From positions 79,241 through 143,240 of the forward strand of contig JAGPFZ010000001.1 in the NCBI GenBank assembly GCA_018056245.1: 64,000 nt of DNA, given 5' to 3'. The notes under the pieces are model-generated. The model was not told the origin of the DNA. It saw only the letters and a list, made by a program, of their open reading frames with translations, and did no database searches. Both the position numbers and the translations under genes were made by a program. Each line of letters opens with the position of its first letter. Position 1 is the stretch's first letter. The DNA is from Bacteroidales bacterium (GTDB lineage Bacteria > Bacteroidota > Bacteroidia > Bacteroidales > VadinHA17). Shown here piece after piece: positions 28,656-36,166 of this stretch.

Positions 28656-30506
28656 TTATAACATTATCAATAACATAATAAGTAATCCGGCAAATACCCA
28701 TAGTACGTAAGTGGATAATACGCCTGTATGCATTTTACTGAACAGGCCGCTGCAATAGAGGAGAGCCTGTTTCGATAAGTCATAGATATCGAACCATTTT
28801 TCCTGAGCCTTCCTGTATATTGCCGAGAAAAAGCCGAATTCGGTGATCGTCTTATAAAATTCCGGTGCAGGGTAAGCAGCTTTGTCGTAAAATTTCTCTC
28901 CTCCGATAAAACTGTCAGCAACACGGAATTTGCGTAAGCTTGTTGCAAGATAGATTAATATTCCAAGCAGAATTGAAACAAGTATCATGAATGATGCCAG
29001 GCTTGAGTTATATATGCCTGAGAATTTAAATGTGCCAGTCACGGGCATAAGCAGACGCGGAACAACAACTCCTGTGGCAAACACACCGAAAAATATACAA
29101 ATTAGTGCAATAATTGCAAGAGGGAACCACATCAGCGCGGGCACTTCCTTAATATTTTCCAATTCATTTTTTCGTCTTCCAAGAAAAATCCCGCCGATGA
29201 ATTTTATGAAGCTTGCCAGGGTAAATGCCGAACCGAGGACTGCCAGCACAAGCCACAGCACCCATAATTTATTAGGTATTCCCGAGCCTCCGCCGAAATC
29301 AATTATTGCCTGATAAATCATCCATTTCGAAGCGAATCCGTTCAGAGGAGGGATTCCGGAAATAGACATGGCACAAATCAGAGCAGATATGAATGTAACC
29401 GGCATAGCTTTCGAGAGGCCGCCAAGGTCTTCTATTTCGGTTTTTCCTGTGCGTTGTTCAACAGCACCTGCCGCAAGGAAAAGTCCACTTTTATAAAAAG
29501 CATTGTTCAACATGTGAAAAAGCCCTGCTGCAATGCCAATAAATGAACCCAGACTAAGTCCGACAATCATATAGCCTACCTGTGAAACAGCATGGTAGCC
29601 CAGAAGCCTTTTGTAGTTATGTTGTACAAGGGCCATCATTACAGCCGTAATAATCGTAATAACACCAAGTGTCAAGAGGAGCAGGGTGACCCACTCGCCC
29701 GGCACGAATATATCTGTTAAAATTCTGGTAAGTAGATATATACCAAGCAGTTTATCGAGTGAGGCCGGCATATATGCTGACGATGACGCCGGTGCATCCT
29801 TTGTATAATCAGGCACCCATGTATGGAACGGGAAAGCTCCGGCTTTCGTAAAACTGCCTGTGAGCATTGCAAGGAAAGCTGTTAACGCAAGAGCACTACC
29901 TGTGGGGACCTGCATTTCACTCATATTAAGCGAGCCTGTCATCTTCCACAATATTGCAATGCCCATTATCATAATAGTATCGGACGAACCGATCAAGATA
30001 AGGGTTTTTTTAGCCGTGGCAGAACCTTCCTCGCTTTTGTCCTGAATGAGTTTGTAAAGTGTCAAACCAAGGATGCCCCAGAAAGTGATGAAAACGAGCA
30101 TGTTATCAGCCAGTGCGGCGCCGTAGGAAAAACCAAGTGTTAAAAGGAAATAGGGATAGTAGTTATTGATTCTATGATTACCCTTATATGCCAGAGAATA
30201 AAGATTTATGAGGAAACTGAAAAAACTTATAAACAAAACTATAAGCTTTGCAAGATTATCAACATTGAATGTAAAAAATGATGTAATTTCCGGGGCTATG
30301 TAAGGTGGAAGAAAGATTGCGGGAACAAAGCTTTCCAGATTCATCTTTACATTTCCCGATCGGTATACGATTATTGTAAACCAGAATGTCACTGTGGTTA
30401 TTGCAAGTGAAACGATTCCCTTGAAAAGTTTGAGTTTGTCGGGAACCAGGAATAATAGCAGCCCTGTAATTACTGGAAGAAATAATATTAAGAAGTATTC
30501 GTTCAT
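28656..30506 (-). CDS. MrpA/NuoL-like antiporter-type subunit (MbhH-like)
   Basis: 616 aa and polytopic, with the motifs FHTWVPDYTKDAPASSSAYMPASLDKLLG and LLGYHAVSQVGYM of the complex-I antiporter-like family. Confidence 0.85.
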   Translation of the reverse strand: MNEYFLILFLPVITGLLLFLVPDKLKLFKGIVSLAITTVTFWFTIIVYRSGNVKMNLESFVPAIFLPPYIAPEITSFFTFNVDNLAKLIVLFISFFSFLINLYSLAYKGNHRINNYYPYFLLTLGFSYGAALADNMLVFITFWGILGLTLYKLIQDKSEEGSATAKKTLILIGSSDTIMIMGIAILWKMTGSLNMSEMQVPTGSALALTAFLAMLTGSFTKAGAFPFHTWVPDYTKDAPASSSAYMPASLDKLLGIYLLTRILTDIFVPGEWVTLLLLTLGVITIITAVMMALVQHNYKRLLGYHAVSQVGYMIVGLSLGSFIGIAAGLFHMLNNAFYKSGLFLAAGAVEQRTGKTEIEDLGGLSKAMPVTFISALICAMSISGIPPLNGFASKWMIYQAIIDFGGGSGIPNKLWVLWLVLAVLGSAFTLASFIKFIGGIFLGRRKNELENIKEVPALMWFPLAIIALICIFFGVFATGVVVPRLLMPVTGTFKFSGIYNSSLASFMILVSILLGILIYLATSLRKFRVADSFIGGEKFYDKAAYPAPEFYKTITEFGFFSAIYRKAQEKWFDIYDLSKQALLYCSGLFSKMHTGVLSTYVLWVFAGLLIMLLIML

Positions 30507-30513
30507 ACTGTCA

Positions 30514-31716
30514 TCAAAGTTTTTTCATTATCTCGCGAGTTTTTTGAGCCGAGGCTTTTATAATTTCATCTCCGTTCATTATTTTGTCGCCTGTAGTGAT
30601 ATCATAAGCTACAGCAAGTCTTTCCGTACAACAGTAGCAAGGGTCAACGGCAGCAAGGGTAAGTATTGCGTCGGAGATACTTTGTCCGATGCACGACTTT
30701 TTGAAAGTTGAAATATTCATATAGCTTGGTGCCCTTATTTTGTGCCGCGCAGGTGAATTGGAGCCGTCGGAAAAGACACAATGGAACACCTCGCCCCTTG
30801 GAGCTTCGGCTCGTCCTGTCCCTATACCTTCTGGTATATTCTTAATTTTTAATTCAATATCACCTTCTTTTTCCTTCTTCAGTCTGTCGAGGCATTGTTC
30901 AATTATTGATATTGATTCTGATATTTCAAGAAGTCTGACCTGAGCTTTGGCAAAGACATCACCTGTTACGGCTGTAATTACTTTCCAGTTAACGAGAGGA
31001 TAGGCAGCGTAGGGGTCGTCTCTCCGCACATCTATTGCAATTCCCGATGCCCTTGCAGTGGGGCCTACAGCACCAAAATCAATTATATCTTCCTTGGTAA
31101 GAACACCCACTCCTTTTGTACGTGCATGAAATACCGGGTCATCCATAACCGCTCCGGTTAGAAGTTCGGTCTTTTTCTTTACATCGGACAGAACTTTGCT
31201 AATGGCATTTATTTTTGATTCTTCTATATCTCTTCTTACTCCGCCCACTTTGAACATTGCATAACTGTTACGGTTGCCTGTAATCATTTCGAACAGGTCG
31301 AGAACTGGTTCACGGTATTTCCACGCCCACATGAAAAGGGTATTGTAGCCCAGAAAGTGTCCGGCAAGTCCTACCCAGAGAAGATGACTGTGAATCCTTT
31401 CAAGTTCGGCTATGATGCTTCTTATATACTTTGCTCGGTTTGGTATTTCGACTCCGCATATTTCTTCAACTGTATTTGCAAATGCGAAAGGATGAGATGT
31501 TGAGCATATTCCGCATATTCTTTCCACAAGGAAGAATACCTGATCGTACGTCTTGGATTCGGCCAGTTTTTCGATACTACGGTGGTTATATCCCGTTTCC
31601 CATTTGATATCTTTTACAATTTCACCGTCGCAATAGAGCTTGAAAAGCTCAGGTTCTTCCTGTAATGGATGATAAGGGCCAACCGGTATGAGAAACTTGT
31701 TGCTCATATTTTTCAT
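30514..31716 (-). CDS. group-4 [NiFe]-hydrogenase large subunit (NuoD/MbhL/HycE-like)
   Basis: 400 aa. N-terminal Ni-Fe ligand motif RICGICSTSH and C-terminal motif DPCYCCTER. A 34-residue tail follows the C-terminal motif. Confidence 0.9.
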   Translation of the reverse strand: MKNMSNKFLIPVGPYHPLQEEPELFKLYCDGEIVKDIKWETGYNHRSIEKLAESKTYDQVFFLVERICGICSTSHPFAFANTVEEICGVEIPNRAKYIRSIIAELERIHSHLLWVGLAGHFLGYNTLFMWAWKYREPVLDLFEMITGNRNSYAMFKVGGVRRDIEESKINAISKVLSDVKKKTELLTGAVMDDPVFHARTKGVGVLTKEDIIDFGAVGPTARASGIAIDVRRDDPYAAYPLVNWKVITAVTGDVFAKAQVRLLEISESISIIEQCLDRLKKEKEGDIELKIKNIPEGIGTGRAEAPRGEVFHCVFSDGSNSPARHKIRAPSYMNISTFKKSCIGQSISDAILTLAAVDPCYCCTERLAVAYDITTGDKIMNGDEIIKASAQKTREIMKKL

Positions 31717-32150
31717 TTAAACTCTTTTCTGTATGGATACACACCTTCGGGCCAGTTGCCGTCTGAAAGAAGCTTCTCCATGTTAGGGTGATTGACAAAA
31801 TCTATTCCGAACAATTCATGTATCTCACGTTCAATCCAGTTCGATGCATTTAATATATTCGAAAGAGATTCTATCCGGGGATTTTCCTGACTGAGAATTA
31901 CATGTATGTTCAGCACAAGCCCTGTTTCGTCTTTGCTGAAGTGATAATATATCTCAAAGCCTTTCTTTGTGTGCAGTGCCGATGCAATAATAAACCTGCA
32001 TCCAGCCTCTTTGTATAGAAATTCGGTTATCTGAACTATAGAAGATGGATTTATAGTAACAACATATCTTTTGTCATGCCTTTTTACCGTTTCGGTAATA
32101 TCAGCATTAAACTTGTTGTTCAATTCCTTTATGATTGCTTCCGTATCCAT
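31713..32150 (-). CDS. NuoC/MbhK-like 30-kDa-type subunit
   Basis: 145 aa with the motif ASNWIEREIHELFGIDFVNHP, typical of the NuoC/HycE N-terminal domain. It overlaps the large subunit gene by 4 nt. Confidence 0.8.
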   Translation of the reverse strand: MDTEAIIKELNNKFNADITETVKRHDKRYVVTINPSSIVQITEFLYKEAGCRFIIASALHTKKGFEIYYHFSKDETGLVLNIHVILSQENPRIESLSNILNASNWIEREIHELFGIDFVNHPNMEKLLSDGNWPEGVYPYRKEFK

Positions 32151-32237
32151 TTATTTAATAATCAATTACTTAAACTATCTCATTATCAATATGTTATATT
32201 ATCTCTTTACCCCTCTATACTTAATACCTCTGTACCA

Positions 32238-32269
32238 TTTCTCCCATTCTTCCTTTCTCACATTCTTCC
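32238..32269. repeat. 16-nt tandem direct repeat inside the intra-operon spacer
   Basis: TTTCTCCCATTCTTCC at 32238-32253 is followed directly by TTTCTCACATTCTTCC at 32254-32269, with one mismatch. It lies in a 134-nt non-coding gap that is strongly pyrimidine-rich on the plus strand, so purine-rich in the mRNA. Confidence 0.6.
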
Positions 32270-32284
32270 ATCACCCATTTTTTC

Positions 32285-32698
32285 TCACAGGCTATTTACA
32301 AGTTTCATTATTCCTGCAATAATTGCCTCTGGTTTTGGCGGGCAGCCAGGTATATAAGCATTTACCGGTATAATTTTATCCACAGGCCCTGCAAAAGTGT
32401 TTCCTTCGGCAAATATACCTCCTGTGCATCCGCATCCTCCAATAGCCACAACCAGCACAGGTTTTGGTGCCTGGTTGTATATTTCGAGGAGTCTGTCTTT
32501 ATCCCGTATGTTTATCGAGCCGCTTACAAGGATCACGTCGGCATGGCGTATGCTTCCTGCAAGAAGTATCCCAAAACGTTCCACGTCGTATCGCGGTGTG
32601 AGACAGTCGAGAATCTCAATATCGCAATTGTTACACGATGCTCCGGCGAAGTGGAAAACCCACAGTGATTTTTTGAAACAAAAACTTTTAAAGCCCAC
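32285..32698 (-). CDS. group-4 [NiFe]-hydrogenase small subunit (NuoB/MbhJ-like)
   Basis: 137 aa with the four Cys of the proximal [4Fe-4S] cluster (SCNNCDIE, GGCGCTGG, PGCPPKPE). Confidence 0.9.
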   Translation of the reverse strand: MGFKSFCFKKSLWVFHFAGASCNNCDIEILDCLTPRYDVERFGILLAGSIRHADVILVSGSINIRDKDRLLEIYNQAPKPVLVVAIGGCGCTGGIFAEGNTFAGPVDKIIPVNAYIPGCPPKPEAIIAGIMKLVNSL

Positions 32699-32709
32699 CT
32701 CTTAATTTT

Positions 32710-33642
32710 TTAATATCCAAAAAATGCCAATACTATTGCAACAATGGCCAGAAGATTCATCCATACAAGGAAGAAACTCATTGCCTGTTTAATTTTTATT
32801 CTTGGGTTAGTATTCCTGATAAGAGTCAGTAGAAGCACAATCCCGGCCACTTTCAATACAGTCCACAGAATGTTTATTCCGTTAAGGTTGAATCCGTTCA
32901 TAAACAAGCCTGTAAGGAAAGCCGGAAGAATAAAAAGCATTATATATTTTGTGAGTTTGATCAGTGCATAAGGCGGACCCGAGTATTCGATAAATGTTCC
33001 TTCCGCAATTTCTGTTTCCGCCTCTGCCATATCGAAAGGCACAAGTCCGAGTTTTGCCTGCACACAAAATATACCAGGAATAAAAAGCAATATTCCCGAG
33101 ATACTTCCTATGAAAGGAGATGAATTTTGTTGTATTAAAATTACTGAATTCAGGTCGAAGTTTTGTGAAGCTTTGACTATAATGCCGGCGATTACCAGAA
33201 GGAAAGTTGATTCATAGCTCATAATCAGTTTCATTTCACGCGAGCTGCCTACTGCAGCAAGCGGGTTTCCTGATGCCAGCGACCCTATGATATATGAGAA
33301 CGAGGGTATTGTAAGCAGGTAAAAGATGACGATAAGGTCGCCCTTAAATCCTGTGGTTATGTTGAACAGAGGAAGAAGGATAAAAGCTGCTGCAAGTACG
33401 GCTCCCGATAAAGCGAAAATTGGTGCCATCAGGAATAAAATCGGGGATCCCTGTTTGGGTAATATGGTTTCCTTTACCAGAAGAAGCTTAAAAAAATCAT
33501 AAAATGGCTGTAAAATAGGAGGACCCTTTCGAAATTGAACTCTTGCAGTTATTTTTCTGTCGAACCATGAAAGAAAGGCTCCGATAACTGAAGAGAACAG
33601 GAGTCAGGGAAAGACAAGCAGATAAAACAAATACAACGCCAT
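32710..33642 (-). CDS. NuoH/MbhM/HycD-like membrane subunit, interrupted by an in-frame TGA at 33604-33606 (intact ATG-started ORF is 32710..33429)
   Basis: The ORF track gives only 239 aa. The same frame continues upstream through the family's conserved loop [31 protein letters not shown] to an ATG at 33642, which is 3 nt after the upstream gene's stop. Codon 13 of that reading is TGA (MALYLFYLLVFP*LLFSSVIGAFLSWFDRK...). Confidence 0.8.
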
Positions 33643-33645
33643 TTT

Positions 33646-34143
33646 TTACTCTTTATCAGTTTTATATATGAAGTCTTTGATTAAAACTCTTTCGTTAAGT
33701 TTGAAAATATTTTCTTCCGGCGATTCTTTCATATCGGTAATAGAAACGGTTCCCGGAGGAGAGGCTTCGATAAATTTAATCATCTCCTCACTATCTGTCA
33801 GGTCGTAATACAGGTCTTTGTTCCTGTGGTGTTTAAAAAAGTCCGTCATCATAGTTCCGAAAGGGCATATAGAAACACACGATTTACATGACACACATAG
33901 ATTTATGCTCCGATTTATTAACCCTTCCTCATCTTTTTCCAGTGCGTCGGCGGGGCATGAGGCAATGCATGGTGCGTCCTCGCATTTTCTGCATGAGTAC
34001 CTGAATACTGCAAGCTCTCTTATCGTTTTAAGCCCGTTAATGTTGTGAACAGGATAAAACACGGCTTCGGGCAGTTGAAGGTCGTGATTTTCAGCCATCG
34101 CCGCTCTCAGTTTTACCATGTCTATAAGAATCCTTTTTGCCAT
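33646..34143 (-). CDS. 2x[4Fe-4S] ferredoxin-like electron-transfer protein (HycB-like)
   Basis: 165 aa with the motifs CRKCEDAPCIASCP and CVSCKSCVSICP. Confidence 0.75.
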   Translation of the reverse strand: MAKRILIDMVKLRAAMAENHDLQLPEAVFYPVHNINGLKTIRELAVFRYSCRKCEDAPCIASCPADALEKDEEGLINRSINLCVSCKSCVSICPFGTMMTDFFKHHRNKDLYYDLTDSEEMIKFIEASPPGTVSITDMKESPEENIFKLNERVLIKDFIYKTDKE

Positions 34144-34147
34144 AGCA

Positions 34148-34969
34148 TTACCATATATGAGGCTGGTCTTTTATTTCATTCCAGGTAAATACAGGGCCGT
34201 CTTTGCACACGAAATATTTTCCCATCATACAGTGGCCGCATTTTCCCAGGCCGCACGACATGTTCTTTTCCATCGAAAGATAGATATCATTTTCGGGATA
34301 ACCCATCTGCAATAGTTTTTGAGTTCCGAACTTCATCATTACAGGCGGGCCGCAGACTACTGCTACCGAGTTTTCGACATCCACTTTCACATCGTCGAGA
34401 AGAAGAGTGACAACACCCACTTTTTCTGTCCAGTTGGAGTCGGCTTTATCCACACTTCTGAATACTTCGAATTTTGGTGTTCTTCTGAGCTCGGATATAT
34501 AAGGCTTGTAAATACAATCTTCAGGCGTTTTTGAGCCGTAACATAGAATGACCTTTCTGAGTTTGTCGGTTATGGCTGCCAGGTTATACAGTAATGAACG
34601 TATTGGAGCAAAGCCGCATCCGCCGCCAAGAATTAGTATTTCCTTGTTATAGAACTTTTCGACAGGATAACCTCTACCGAAAGGTCCTCTTATGCCCATA
34701 AAAGCACCTGGTTTTAAGTTATGCATGTATTCCGTCACATAACCGGTCTTCATCACTGTTACTTCTATCTTATCCTTTACAAGCGGCGATGAAGACGGAG
34801 TAAATGGCGCCTCTCCAATGCCGTCAACAGTGAGTTCAATAAACTGCCCCGTACTGAAAGAAAAATATTCCTCAGGAATAAGAACAAAAGTCTTGATAGT
34901 CGGTGATTCATCAATTATATCAGCAACTTTTGCCCTTAAAGGTTTATATATATTAATGTCGGCTGGCAT
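34148..34969 (-). CDS. FAD/NAD(P)H-binding oxidoreductase with C-terminal [2Fe-2S] (sulfhydrogenase gamma / AsrB / PyrK-like)
   Basis: 273 aa with a ferredoxin-reductase-type FAD fold (FMGIRGPFG), an NAD(P)-binding GGGCGFAP motif and a C-terminal CGLGKCGHCMMGKYFVC cluster motif. Confidence 0.8.
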   Translation of the reverse strand: MPADINIYKPLRAKVADIIDESPTIKTFVLIPEEYFSFSTGQFIELTVDGIGEAPFTPSSSPLVKDKIEVTVMKTGYVTEYMHNLKPGAFMGIRGPFGRGYPVEKFYNKEILILGGGCGFAPIRSLLYNLAAITDKLRKVILCYGSKTPEDCIYKPYISELRRTPKFEVFRSVDKADSNWTEKVGVVTLLLDDVKVDVENSVAVVCGPPVMMKFGTQKLLQMGYPENDIYLSMEKNMSCGLGKCGHCMMGKYFVCKDGPVFTWNEIKDQPHIW

Positions 34970-34975
34970 GCGAAA

Positions 34976-35968
34976 TTATTTTGCCATTTCAACGAAAATA
35001 TTGTTTTTGTTTATTTTGCCTATGCATGCTTCGATACACCGCCCGCAGCCTGTGCAGGCAAGGTGATTGAATCTTTCAGGTTTCCATACATATTTACACA
35101 AGTACCTGTTTTTGAAGCGTTCATGAAGTTCTTTTAGGGGATCCTCACCCGCTGCTGTTCTTTCGAAACCCGGATACTGACATGCATCCAGTTGTTTGAT
35201 CTTCCTGAAGTCCGGCTTATCAATTAACAGGAAGCAGGTACATGTGGGACATATAGCAGTACATGCGCCGCACGAAACACAGGTTGCGGAATTTTTAATC
35301 CATACCGGCTTTTCAAGTTTGTTTAGAATACTTCCGGTCTCCTTGTAGCCGGGTAAATCTTTGTTGGTTCTCTGCAGAATCCCCTCTATTTCCCTGTGCC
35401 TGGCATCTACAAATGACAAAATACTGTTGTCATTGACTTTTGAGGCACCAATAGTATTGGAAACAAAGTTTCTTCCCTTCTGAGAAATAACCCTGAAAAA
35501 GAACTGGTCATCTTTTACAACTATTGAAAGGTCGGCTATCCTTTCAGCCCACGGGTTCACTCCATACGTTGTGCAATGACAATGTTCGACAACATCGAAA
35601 CAATCTGAACTTATGATTAAAGTGTTTTCTCTTTGTCTTTTGTAAAAAAGATCCTCAAAATTCTTATCCAGATATATTTCGTCGAGAATACCAAGTGCTT
35701 CAATATCACATGCCGGAGCCCCTATAATAATCCGTGATTTATCATCTTTTCTTTCATCAGTTACATTTTCCTTAACCGGAAGGAAGAATAACTTAAGAGG
35801 CGTTACAGGTTTGGGTTTATTGTATATAATATCTTTAATTGATGCCGGAGTAAGAAGCTCGTAATCCTTGCTGAATTCATTCGAAAGAGGAGCAAAAATG
35901 TTGTGAGAATCAAGCAGTTTCTCAAGCATTTTATTCCATTCTGCCTTGCTAATGAAGAAATAATCCAT
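34976..35968 (-). CDS. multi-[4Fe-4S] protein (sulfhydrogenase beta / AsrA-like); first gene of the hydrogenase operon
   Basis: 330 aa with the Cys clusters APACDIEALG, CFDVVEHCHC, CVSCGACTAICPTCTC and CTGCGRCIEAC. It lies 7 nt upstream of the gamma-like gene. Confidence 0.75.
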   Translation of the reverse strand: MDYFFISKAEWNKMLEKLLDSHNIFAPLSNEFSKDYELLTPASIKDIIYNKPKPVTPLKLFFLPVKENVTDERKDDKSRIIIGAPACDIEALGILDEIYLDKNFEDLFYKRQRENTLIISSDCFDVVEHCHCTTYGVNPWAERIADLSIVVKDDQFFFRVISQKGRNFVSNTIGASKVNDNSILSFVDARHREIEGILQRTNKDLPGYKETGSILNKLEKPVWIKNSATCVSCGACTAICPTCTCFLLIDKPDFRKIKQLDACQYPGFERTAAGEDPLKELHERFKNRYLCKYVWKPERFNHLACTGCGRCIEACIGKINKNNIFVEMAK

Positions 35969-36040
35969 TTTAAATTATTCTTTCATTGAATAAATATAAA
36001 ATATAATAAAACAAAAAGGAAAATAATTCTTAATAAATAA

Positions 36041-36056
36041 TGTGAAAAAATTCACA
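36041..36056. promoter_or_regulatory. Rex operator (palindrome TGTGAA-AAAA-TTCACA)
   Basis: The extended sequence aTGTGAAAAAATTCACAat has perfect inverted half-sites matching the published Rex box TTGTGAA-N4-TTCACAA. It sits 73 nt upstream of the operon start at 35968 and about 95 nt upstream of rex. Confidence 0.7.
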
Positions 36057-36150
36057 ATAAATTTAAAAAACATTATATCAGATTGATAGGTCTTTACTTT
36101 TATAGAGAAAATTTTTTTAACTTGCATCAATATCGGAAATATCGCGTTTA

Positions 36151-36166
36151 TGTGAAAAAAATCACA
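36151..36166. promoter_or_regulatory. second Rex-box-like site overlapping the rex start codon
   Basis: TGTGAAAAAAATCACA has one mismatch in the right half-site. The GTG start of rex (36152) lies inside it. Confidence 0.55.

Noticed and set aside
32071-32357. Two plus-strand ORFs (83 and 93 aa) across the NuoC/NuoB spacer
   Set aside because: They are low-complexity Leu/Phe/Ser/Pro-rich translations of a pyrimidine-rich strand, antisense to the operon. They overlap the ends of two well-supported genes.
33604-33606. TGA as selenocysteine, or evidence of an alternative genetic code
   Set aside because: The position is inside a transmembrane helix with no redox role, and I see no obvious SECIS-like hairpin immediately downstream. 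TGA, TAG and TAA all terminate well-conserved genes elsewhere in the window, so a reassigned code is unlikely.
36083-36151. TTG-started N-terminal extension of rex
   Set aside because: The extension (MIGLYFYRENFFNLHQYRKYRVY) has no counterpart in Rex proteins and would cover the promoter/operator region. The in-frame GTG at 36152 gives a typical length of about 214 aa.
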